Shown piece by piece: positions 38,850 through 46,793 of a DNA stretch of 64,000 nucleotides; the first letter of the stretch is position 1; the number at the start of each line of letters is the position of its first letter. Below the pieces are notes generated by a model. That model saw nothing but the letters and a program-made list of their open reading frames with translations, was not told the origin of the DNA and did not search any database. Location of the stretch: positions 1,888,001 to 1,952,000 of the forward strand of contig OZ241322.1 in the NCBI GenBank assembly GCA_965199715.1, in the 5' to 3' direction. The translations under genes were made by a program, and so were the position numbers. This DNA comes from Vicinamibacteria bacterium. Its GTDB lineage: Bacteria > Acidobacteriota > Vicinamibacteria > Marinacidobacterales > Marinacidobacteraceae.

Positions 38850-39060
38850 GCCCCACGCCTTCGCCCAAAGAAGACGGCGTCACCGCGCTCCTGCGGGGCC
38901 TGACCACCGTTCGGAGCTGGGGTGCGTATGCGCTCGACTGCTTTCCGGCCGGGGCGCTCCGAGGCTTCGGTGCTTACGACTCGGCGCCGTTGCGCCTGAC
39001 TCCGTCGGAATACGGGTCGGCCCGGCTGACCGGGTACGTGTCGTTCAGGTGGTACTCCGG
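38850..39060 (+). pseudogene. Diverged, internally deleted duplicate of the 3' half of the beta-barrel gene 29038..30189
   Basis: PTPSPKEDGVTALLRGLTTVRSW matches PTPSPDGDEITAVARGLTTVRNW (29571-29640); GFGAYD..TPSEYGSARLTGYVSFRWY matches GFGADD..IPSEYGLAKLTGYVSFSWYF. Confidence 0.88.
39026..39048 (+). repeat. Right copy of 23-bp perfect direct repeat
   Basis: Identical to 30154-30176. Confidence 0.9.
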
Positions 39061-39227
39061 ATTGGGCGAGGCGTTAGGCTGCTGCGTCCGAATTGGGTGG
39101 TTCACGCCCTCGGCCCCGCTATTGGTCGTGAGCGAACGCCTCGTCGACGAGTGCGCCGCCGACGTGCTGCTCGCGACGAGTCGATTCTGGGCTTCCGCAA
39201 CCCCCAAACCGTCTGGGAGCGCACCTG

Positions 39228-39700
39228 ATGCTGCGTGAAGTGCAACTTGAGAATTTCAAGTGCTTCGAGCACTTGAAGCTCGACTGCGCGCCGCTGAGCC
39301 TCCTCTGCGGACTGAATGGCACGGGAAAGAGCAGCTTGATTCAGGCGCTGCTCGTGCTGAGACAGTCGTTCGCGAGCCGCGCCCTCGAAGACGGGCGCCC
39401 TTCGCTTCGCGGGGAGCTCGCCGGTCTCGGTGATGCCTCGGATGTTCTCTTTCAGCATGCGAAGATGCCAGAAGCGGCCTTCTCTCTTGGTGCTGGGTCC
39501 GAGCGCGAGGCCTGGAGCAAGCGGTTCCGACTCTCGAGCATCGGTCGGTTCGCGGCCGTCCGCGCGGACGAGGAAGTCCCGCACGCCTAGCGAGACGCAA
39601 CCCCGTTCGGCGGGCGCATGCTGCACGTGGGGGCGGAACGGGCGGGGCCCCGCAAGGCCTTTCCTCTCGCCGAAAAGGAGGCCCAGCCGGAGCACTTCGG
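39228..39700 (+). pseudogene. ABC/AAA_21-type ATPase (DUF3696-associated type), N-terminal fragment
   Basis: LENFKCF..L...LSLLCGLNGTGKSSLIQALLVLRQS; in-frame TAG at 39588, then LHVGAERAGPR motif; signature and Walker B half absent. Confidence 0.75.
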
Positions 39701-39713
39701 CCACAATGCCCCC

Positions 39714-40757
39714 GTGATCGCCCTCCTCGCGCAGGCGGCGCTGCTCGTCGCCCTTGAGGCGGTCGTGCTCGACGGGGGCGAGCCGGTTCGGGGACTCGAC
39801 GCGGAGGATTTCGAGGTCGTCGTCGCAGGCCGCGCCCATCCGGTCGCCGACGCCCGGAAGATGGAAGCCGGAGACGCGCCCCGTCGGTTCGTCTTCGTCA
39901 CGAATCGGCGCGGCGCCCGCGGGAGCGATCTCCAGCGAGCGCGGAACGGCTTGGAACGCTTCCTCCGGGAGCGGTTCGCCGAGGGAGACCGCGCGCTTCT
40001 CGTCGATTTCGCCGAGGTTCCACGGATCTCCCGGGGTTGGCGGAATCGGGCCGAGGCGCTCGCGGACGTCCAGTCGGCGGTGGCGGCCGGATTCCGGAGC
40101 CCGAGCGGAGCCGCCGCCGACGCGGCGGACGCCGCGCACATGCTGTTCGCGCTCGCGGAGCGGCTCGCCGGGGAGCCGGGCTCCAAGACCGTCGTCCTGA
40201 TGTCGGGGAGCCTCGCCGCCTTCGCCGGTGAGGCCGGGGGCGCCCTGGGCCAGAACCGCGTTCCGTTCGATCCGCCGAACTGGCTTCCGCGGCTGCCGAA
40301 GGACCGCAATGGAAACCGCGACGCGCCGGGCGCGCTCGCCCTCGCGTTCCGCGCCGCCGGAGCCACGCTCCACGCGATCCACCTTGAGGGCGCACGCCGC
40401 CACGACGGCGGCGTCCTCGTCTCGAGCCGCGCCGAGTCGGGCCCGATCTCGACGACCACGGGGGCGAACGGCGAGACAACGAGCGCCCAGCGCGTCTGGA
40501 ACTCCTCCGCGTCGCCCTCGGGCCGGACCCGCGACGCCTTCGCGCGCCCGACCGACGACTTCCTCTCTTCGCTCGCCTCCGACACGGGCGGCTCCTACGT
40601 TGCGCGCGCCGCCGACTTCGCCCGCGCGCTCGAGCGGATCGAGGCCCGAAGCCGGGTCTGGTATGGACTGGCCTTCGAGTCGCCGGGCGGCGCCTACGAA
40701 GTTCGCGTCCGCGGGAGGCCCGAACTCACGGTTGCCGCGCGCCTCGTCCCCGAGTGA
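39714..40757 (+). CDS. VWFA-related acidobacterial secreted protein 1
   Basis: GTG 39714 (CACAAT 6 nt upstream); V.D.GEPVRGLDAEDFEV, KTVVLMS, LASDTGG, Y.L.F, VRVRGRPELTV. Confidence 0.75.
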   Translation: MIALLAQAALLVALEAVVLDGGEPVRGLDAEDFEVVVAGRAHPVADARKMEAGDAPRRFVFVTNRRGARGSDLQRARNGLERFLRERFAEGDRALLVDFAEVPRISRGWRNRAEALADVQSAVAAGFRSPSGAAADAADAAHMLFALAERLAGEPGSKTVVLMSGSLAAFAGEAGGALGQNRVPFDPPNWLPRLPKDRNGNRDAPGALALAFRAAGATLHAIHLEGARRHDGGVLVSSRAESGPISTTTGANGETTSAQRVWNSSASPSGRTRDAFARPTDDFLSSLASDTGGSYVARAADFARALERIEARSRVWYGLAFESPGGAYEVRVRGRPELTVAARLVPE

Positions 40758-40840
40758 CCTGCGATCCTGTCGCAGCACGGCTGGGCCGCGCTCTTCGGGT
40801 ATCCTCCCTTTGAGGAGGTACATCGGATGGGGGTGATCGC

Positions 40841-41451
40841 GTGATCCGCGAGGTCCGCGCCATGGCCGAGGGGTACGCGGCGTGGCTGCGGGACTCGACG
40901 CACCTGCGCGAGATCGGGAACGCGGTCGAGATCACGACCCCCGTGTCTGGATCGACGCAACGACCATCTCCAGCTCCACGCCCGGTGCGAGAACGGTCAT
41001 GTGCTGCTGACCGACGAGGGCTACGTCCTCGCCGATCCGAAGATGTCCGGATGTCCGATTGACGCGCCGAGGTGCGCGGACCTGATCGATACGACGCTCC
41101 GGGGCGTCGGCGTCAGGCGGAACGGAGCTTCGCTTGAAGTGACGGCTTCGACGAACGACGTTCCGCCGAAAACGGACAGCCTCGTACAGGCCATGCTCGC
41201 CGGGAACCACCTGTCCTTCACGGTTCCCGCGGCGAATTCGGCTTGTGTCCGGAAGCCTGCGGCGCCCGACCGATCGCCTGGTTCGATCGGGACGCAGCCA
41301 AGCGAAATCTGATGGATCGGCGCCTAACGCGATGCGCGACGACGCGCCCAATGCACTTCCCCCGGTGTCGAGGCCGCGATGGAGGCCTACGGCGTGCGTC
41401 CGATCGCATGGTCCGGTCGTGGACGCGGTCCAAGAAGACCTGATCGCCTGA
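40841..41451 (+). pseudogene. DUF1828/DUF1829-like protein, frameshifted and internally deleted
   Basis: YAAWLRD...VEITTP / LDRRNDHLQL...LLTDEGYVLAD..MSG...LVQAMLA, then C-terminal EAYGVRPIAWS / DAVQEDLIA*. Confidence 0.7.
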
Positions 41452-41491
41452 GTCCGGGCGCATTGGCGCCGTCGCGCGCGTCGGGTTCACA

Positions 41492-42487
41492 ATGACGTCG
41501 CTCGTGACCTTCCCTCTCGTCCTGCTCGCGGCGCTCGCGCAGGCGCCCGTGACGGTCGAAGCGCTCGTCGTGGACCGTCGGGGCGAGGCCGTCACCGGTC
41601 TCTCCGCCGCCGACTTCGAGGCGGAACTCCCCATCCTCGAGGCGAAGGCGGCGGGCGACGGCCCCCGGCGCCTCGTCCTCGTCTTCAACCGGCGCGGCGC
41701 TGTGGCGGGCCGGCTGAATCGGGCGAAGCGCGGCGTGGAGGCGTTCCTTCGGAGGCGCCTGCGGGAGGAAGACGAAGTCCTCTTCGCCGACCTCGGCGAG
41801 ACGTTGCGGATCGGGCGGGGCTTCGCTTCGGGGCGCGCCGCGGCGCTCGCGGGCCTCGGGACCATCCCCGCGATGGGATATCCGAGCCCCTCCGGCGCGC
41901 GGGGCGACGCGGCCGCCGCCCGGTCGCTCCTGGATCTCGTCGCCGAGCGGCTCGCTGGCGAGCGCGGCCGCAAGATCGTCGTTCTCTACTCTGGCAGCCT
42001 CAGCAGCTTCTCGGACGTCGGCGAGGACGTGCAGGGCGCCCGCAGCGAACCCGCCTACGCCGCGCTGGTGGAGGGATTCCTCGCGGCGCGGGCGCAAGTC
42101 CACGTGGCCCACCTCGCCGGAGTCATGGAGTTCGAGGACCGCATCCTGACCGCCGGCCGGGGCGAGCTCATCGTGAACTCCGAAGCCGGCGGCCGCGTGC
42201 TGGGCAGCATCTTCTCCTCGTCCACGAAGGACCAGCGGCGGATGGACTCCACGCCCCGCAGCGGCGACGACGTCCTGTCCAGCCTCGCCGCCGACACCGG
42301 TGGCCTGTATCTTGCTCGGACGACGGATTTCGGGAGCGCGCTCGACCGCGCGCTCGCCCATGACCGGAGTCGATACGTGCTGACGCTGCCCCGCATGGAA
42401 GAATCCGGGAAGATGGGGATTCGCGTTCCGGCCTGCGACGAATGCCGGGTGTTGCTCGCGCGCGTCGCGCGGGAGGACGAACAGTGA
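41492..42487 (+). CDS. VWFA-related acidobacterial secreted protein 2
   Basis: Signal peptide; VVDRRGEAVTGLSAADFE, RKIVVLYS, LAADTGG, RYVL. Confidence 0.78.
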   Translation: MTSLVTFPLVLLAALAQAPVTVEALVVDRRGEAVTGLSAADFEAELPILEAKAAGDGPRRLVLVFNRRGAVAGRLNRAKRGVEAFLRRRLREEDEVLFADLGETLRIGRGFASGRAAALAGLGTIPAMGYPSPSGARGDAAAARSLLDLVAERLAGERGRKIVVLYSGSLSSFSDVGEDVQGARSEPAYAALVEGFLAARAQVHVAHLAGVMEFEDRILTAGRGELIVNSEAGGRVLGSIFSSSTKDQRRMDSTPRSGDDVLSSLAADTGGLYLARTTDFGSALDRALAHDRSRYVLTLPRMEESGKMGIRVPACDECRVLLARVAREDEQ

Positions 42488-44418
42488 CCGGCAAGACCCT
42501 GACGCGCCTGATCCTGGCGCTGGCCGTGGCGGTTCCCGCCGCCGGCTCCGCCCAGACCTTCCGCTTCCGCGCCGAGGCGACGCGGGTGATCGTGGACGTC
42601 CTCGTTCTGGACGACGACGGGAGGCCGGTGCCCGGCCTCATGGCCGAAGACTTCGAGCTGGTCGAGGACGGCGAGCCGCAGCGGGTCGCCTCGATCGACG
42701 TCGTGGACTGGGAGCGCTACGACCTCGAGCGCTCCGATCCCGAAGCGGCGGAGGCCGTTCCCGGCGCGGCGCCGGCGCCCGAGGCCCGGGACGCGCAGGT
42801 CAACGCCTCGCCGCGGCGCTTCGTCATCGTGTTCAACCGCCGCCGCGCCGACCCGGTGAACCTGCGGCGGGCGAAGCGGGGCATCGAGGAGTTCGTGGTC
42901 CAGAACATGGTGGACGGCGACGAGACCATGCTCATCGAGTTCGCGAACCAGGTGCGCGTCCTCCAGGAGTTCTGGCCGGGCAAGGGGCAGACGCTCGCCA
43001 ACGTGCGGCGCATCGTGCCGGGCACTTACGAGAGCCCAGTGGGGCCGGAGATGGACGCCCGCGAATCCTTCCGCATGCTGCATGCGCTCGCCGGGGCGCT
43101 CGAGTCGATCGAGGGACGCAAGATCGTCGTCCTCTTCTCGATCGACCTCCAGACCTTCGCCGACCCGAGGCAGGTCGTCGGCGAGATCGCCGGGACCGAG
43201 GTGGACGAGTTCCCCGGCCGGCGCGCCTTCGACGAGACCGAGACCCTCCACCACGCGATCCGCCAGCTCAACCACGCGAACGCCACGCTCTACGCGGTGG
43301 ATCTCGAGGGGGTCTATGGAAGCGAGAACGACATCCTCGTCGCCTCGCGGAACTCGTTCGACATCTTCGGCAACGAGCTCGGAGTCGAGGGCAGCGACCA
43401 TCCGCTGGCTCGCATGGACGTCGCCGCCAACGTGCCCTCCGAGGGCGGAACCGCGTCGCTCGCGGTCGCGACCGGCGGCACCTGGTTCCCGAACCAGACG
43501 AACTTCGCGGTGGCCCTGAACCGCATCGGGATCCAGAACCAGCTCTACTACCTGCTCTCGTTCTCGCCCCGCAACAGCGAGCTGGACGGCTCGTACCGCA
43601 ACATCGAAGTGCGGGTCCGGGACCGTCCCGACCTGCGGGTGATCGCCCGCCCGGGATATTTCGCGCGCGAGCGCGAGGGGCCGGCGACCGAGATGGTGAC
43701 CGTCGCCCGGGGGAGCTACGGCTACGCCCTCCCGGAGAACCTGCACACCTACTCGTACCTGCTCGAGCCGCGCCCCGACGGAGCCTTCGGCGTGATCTCC
43801 GCCGCGCTCCCGGATTCGATGCTGGACGAGCCCGCCGACCTGCGGCTGCGCGTCTCGAACGCCGCCGGCGACGTCCTCGCCGAGGCGGCCGACCGGGTGG
43901 ACCGCGAGCGCTTCTTCGTGAGCGCGCCGGCGGACCTGCCCGCGGGCGAGCTGCTCCTCGAGCTCGTGCTGGAACGGGACGGGCGCGTCCTCCAGACGGC
44001 CGACTCGGATCTTCGGATCCCCGCCGACTTCGGCGCCGACTTCTCGCTTTCCAGCGTGTTCCCGTTCGTGGCCGAAGCCCACCAGGCGGAGGCCGTCGGA
44101 CCGCCGGTGCGGCCGGTGGCGACCTTCGCGGGGGCCGAGGACGCGCGGGTGGCGTTTTTCGTGTTTCCCGGCCGGGAGAACCCGGCCGCCGGGGTCCGGG
44201 TCGCCTACGAGATCCGCAACGCCGCCGGCGAGATCTCGGTCGAGGGCGAGCGTCCGGGGGTCTTCGACATCGATCCGTCGCGGCCGGGAGGCACGCCGAT
44301 CATGCTGGCGCTGCAGACCGGTTCGCTCCGCGCCGGGCTCTATACCGCGGTCGTCCGGGTCGAGGACCGGCGCGGGGACCGCAGCGCGGTGGGCGAGCTG
44401 GACTTCCTGATCCGCTGA
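42484..44418 (+). CDS. VWFA-related acidobacterial secreted protein 3 (with C-terminal beta domains)
   Basis: GTG 42484; VIVDVLVLDDDGRPVPGLMAEDFELVEDGEPQ, GRKIVVLFS, LAVATGG, YYLLSFSP..DGSYRNIEVRV..ARPGYFA. Confidence 0.85.
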   Translation: MTGKTLTRLILALAVAVPAAGSAQTFRFRAEATRVIVDVLVLDDDGRPVPGLMAEDFELVEDGEPQRVASIDVVDWERYDLERSDPEAAEAVPGAAPAPEARDAQVNASPRRFVIVFNRRRADPVNLRRAKRGIEEFVVQNMVDGDETMLIEFANQVRVLQEFWPGKGQTLANVRRIVPGTYESPVGPEMDARESFRMLHALAGALESIEGRKIVVLFSIDLQTFADPRQVVGEIAGTEVDEFPGRRAFDETETLHHAIRQLNHANATLYAVDLEGVYGSENDILVASRNSFDIFGNELGVEGSDHPLARMDVAANVPSEGGTASLAVATGGTWFPNQTNFAVALNRIGIQNQLYYLLSFSPRNSELDGSYRNIEVRVRDRPDLRVIARPGYFAREREGPATEMVTVARGSYGYALPENLHTYSYLLEPRPDGAFGVISAALPDSMLDEPADLRLRVSNAAGDVLAEAADRVDRERFFVSAPADLPAGELLLELVLERDGRVLQTADSDLRIPADFGADFSLSSVFPFVAEAHQAEAVGPPVRPVATFAGAEDARVAFFVFPGRENPAAGVRVAYEIRNAAGEISVEGERPGVFDIDPSRPGGTPIMLALQTGSLRAGLYTAVVRVEDRRGDRSAVGELDFLIR

Positions 44419-46113
44419 CTACCAGCCGGCGGCGTGCCCCTCGCGCCGCTGGTCCGGGCCGCCGGAGAACACCCCCGAGCGCGGCCAGATGCGGATCGCG
44501 TTGAGCATTCCGAGCCGGGGCGCCGGCTGGCGCAGCCGGTGGCCCCTGGCGGCGAGCGCCTCGCGCGCCTCGTCGTCGAAGCCCTCCTCCAGCACGAGGT
44601 CGGTCCCCGGCAGGTAGGGGATCGAGTTGTCGAGGAAGCGCACGACGAAGCGCGGCGCGTCCACGGCCGCGGGCGCGTCCATGTCGTAGTCGAGCGCCCG
44701 CACCAGCACCTGCAGGATCGTCTGCGGGATCGTCCACCCGCCCGCGGAGCCGAGCGCGAGGAAGGGCTCGCCGTGGCGGGTCACGATCGTGGGGCTCATC
44801 ACGAACCGCGGTCGCTGGCCGCCCTCGATGAGGTTCACGTCGCCCTCGTCGAGGCTGAAGTAGGACATCCCGTTGTTGAAGATCACCCCGGTTTCGGGGA
44901 CCACGACCCCGGCGGGCAGCATCAGCGTCTGGGTGACCGAGACCACGTTGCCGTGGCGGTCCACGACCGTGTGGTGCGTCGTGTGCTCCACCGCGGTCGG
45001 GGTCTCGCCGGCCTCGCGCCGCGCCTCGTGGAACCGGGCGCGCTCGAGGTCCACCCGCTCCGCCTGCTCGGCCGCGTATTCCTTCGAGAGCAGCCGATCC
45101 AGCGGAATTTCGACGTCGTCCTTCCCGGTGTTGAAGGCGTCTTCGTCCACGAACGCGAGCTTCATCGCCTCGGCGAGCAGGTGCACGAAGTCGGGCGAGT
45201 TGTGCTCGAGCGCCGCCACGTCGAAGTTCTCGAGGATGTTGAGCGTCTGGAGCACCGTCATCCCCGACCCGCCGGGCGGCTGGCTGTGCACCCGGAACTC
45301 GCGGTAGTCGGTCGCGATGGGGTCCTGCCAGCGCGCCCGGTACGAGGCGAAGTCGTCCAGCGAGAGGATGCCGCCGTTCTCGCGGAAGAACGAGACGACG
45401 CGCTCGCCGACCGCGCCCCCGTAGAAGACCTCCGGGCCGCTCTCGGCGATCGCCCGGAGCGTTCCGGCGAGGTCCGGCTGCTTGAGGACGTCGCCCACCG
45501 GCCACGCTCCGCCGCCCTTGAAGAAGATCCCGGCCCCGTAGGGATACCGGGCGACCTCGGCCCCGAACCCGCCGGCCGAGAACGCGCCGTGCACCGCCGG
45601 GGTGACCGCGAAGCCCTCCTCGGCGTACCGGATCGCCGGCGCGAGCGCCTCCGGCCACGACATCGAGCCGTATTCGTCGAGCAGCGCCGCCCAGCCGGCG
45701 AGGTTGCCCGGCACGAGCGGCGCGAGGAAGCTGTCGCGGGCCGGGTGGCTGCGGTCCCACAGCCGACTCCCGGTCGTGAACGTCTCGGGCCGGGCCGCCG
45801 CCGGCGCCGCGCCGATGAAGTCGAGCGAGCGGATCCGCCCGGAGTCGCCCTCGTGGACCAGCGCGTACCCGCCGACCCCGCCCAGGCCGGACATGAGCGG
45901 CTCCACGACCGCGAGCACCGCGGCGCTCGCCACGGCCGCGTCGAAGGCGTTCCCGCCCGCCTGGAGGATCTCGAGGCCGGCCTGCGCGGCGAGCGGATGC
46001 GAGGTGACGACCATCCCGTTCGTGCTCATCCCGGTTCCCGACGCGGGCGCCCCCGCGATCCCGGGGAGCAGCGCGATCCCGATACCCGCGGCGAGGAGGG
46101 CCCTGCGCTTCAT
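44419..46113 (-). CDS. ggt: Gamma-glutamyltransferase family protein
   Basis: HPLAAQAG..IL.AGGNAFDAA, VEPLMSGLGG, VPG, FYGG, HTTHHTVVDRHGN (catalytic Thr), P.TGVIFNNGM, GSAGG, GGPDQRREG. Confidence 0.93.
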   Translation of the reverse strand: MKRRALLAAGIGIALLPGIAGAPASGTGMSTNGMVVTSHPLAAQAGLEILQAGGNAFDAAVASAAVLAVVEPLMSGLGGVGGYALVHEGDSGRIRSLDFIGAAPAAARPETFTTGSRLWDRSHPARDSFLAPLVPGNLAGWAALLDEYGSMSWPEALAPAIRYAEEGFAVTPAVHGAFSAGGFGAEVARYPYGAGIFFKGGGAWPVGDVLKQPDLAGTLRAIAESGPEVFYGGAVGERVVSFFRENGGILSLDDFASYRARWQDPIATDYREFRVHSQPPGGSGMTVLQTLNILENFDVAALEHNSPDFVHLLAEAMKLAFVDEDAFNTGKDDVEIPLDRLLSKEYAAEQAERVDLERARFHEARREAGETPTAVEHTTHHTVVDRHGNVVSVTQTLMLPAGVVVPETGVIFNNGMSYFSLDEGDVNLIEGGQRPRFVMSPTIVTRHGEPFLALGSAGGWTIPQTILQVLVRALDYDMDAPAAVDAPRFVVRFLDNSIPYLPGTDLVLEEGFDDEAREALAARGHRLRQPAPRLGMLNAIRIWPRSGVFSGGPDQRREGHAAGW

Positions 46114-46151
46114 CCTGCCGCCCGATTAGACCACAGGGTTAGGCTCGCCCC

Positions 46152-46793
46152 ATGCTTCCCGTGACGCTCGCCGCGCTGATGGCCCAGGCGTCGGCCGCCT
46201 ACGAGGCCGCTCAGGTCCGGCCCGAAGCGCTCGACTGGAGCCGAGCGCAGGAAGTGGCCTTCGGCCCCGCGCCCTGGCGGACCCGGTTCCGGGCCCTGTG
46301 GAGCGAGGCCGGCCTCCACCTTCGCTTCGAGTCCGAGGACGCGGACCCGTGGCACACGATGACCTCCCGCGACGATCCGCTCTGGGAGGAGGAGGTCGTC
46401 GAGATCTTCCTCGATCCCGAAGGCAACGGCCGCTACGTCGAGGTCGAGCTGAACCCGGCGAACGTGGTCTGCGACCTGCGCCGGCTCGGGCCCGGCGAGA
46501 CCGCGTCGGACCCGATCGGCCCGATGGACCGGGGCTTCGACGTGGAGGGAATCCGCACGAGCGTCGAACGGGACGAGGAAGGCTGGATCGGGACGATCTT
46601 CCTGCCCTGGACCGGGCTGGGCCTTCCCGGGCCGCCGGCCGGGCCCATTCCGTTCAACGTCTTTCGCATCAAGCGCCCGGGCGGACCGGAGGCGCCCGAG
46701 CGGGCCGCGGTCTTCGCCGCGTGGTCGCCCACCGGCAGCCCGAGCTTCCACGTTCCGGCGGCGTTTCGGCCGATGGTCCTGCTACGGCCCTGA
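46152..46793 (+). CDS. Carbohydrate-binding family 9-like protein
   Basis: TRFRALWSEAGLHLRF, RDDPLWEEEVVEIFLDP, YVEVELNP, NVFRI, WSPT..PSFHVPAAF. Confidence 0.8.
   Translation: MLPVTLAALMAQASAAYEAAQVRPEALDWSRAQEVAFGPAPWRTRFRALWSEAGLHLRFESEDADPWHTMTSRDDPLWEEEVVEIFLDPEGNGRYVEVELNPANVVCDLRRLGPGETASDPIGPMDRGFDVEGIRTSVERDEEGWIGTIFLPWTGLGLPGPPAGPIPFNVFRIKRPGGPEAPERAAVFAAWSPTGSPSFHVPAAFRPMVLLRP

Larger units (their letters stand above)
30190..39060. mobile_element. Genomic (probable defence) island without visible integrase
   Basis: Visibly more AT-rich, with many A/T-ending codons compared with the flanks; bounded by a duplicated gene end; contains IS debris. Confidence 0.8.

Noticed and set aside
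30190-39060. Island as prophage, ICE or plasmid partition locus
   Set aside because: No integrase, structural, conjugation, Rep or ParA genes; the ParB-like proteins are embedded with nuclease, helicase and GHKL genes.
39588-39590. In-frame TAG as possible pyrrolysine or readthrough codon
   Set aside because: The gene is truncated shortly afterwards and there are no pyl genes in the window; simple decay is more likely.
39618-39713. Apparent ATPase-fragment/VWFA fusion in track ORF 39618..40757
   Set aside because: Chance in-frame join of pseudogene debris; the VWFA gene has its own -10 box and hydrophobic N-terminus from GTG 39714.
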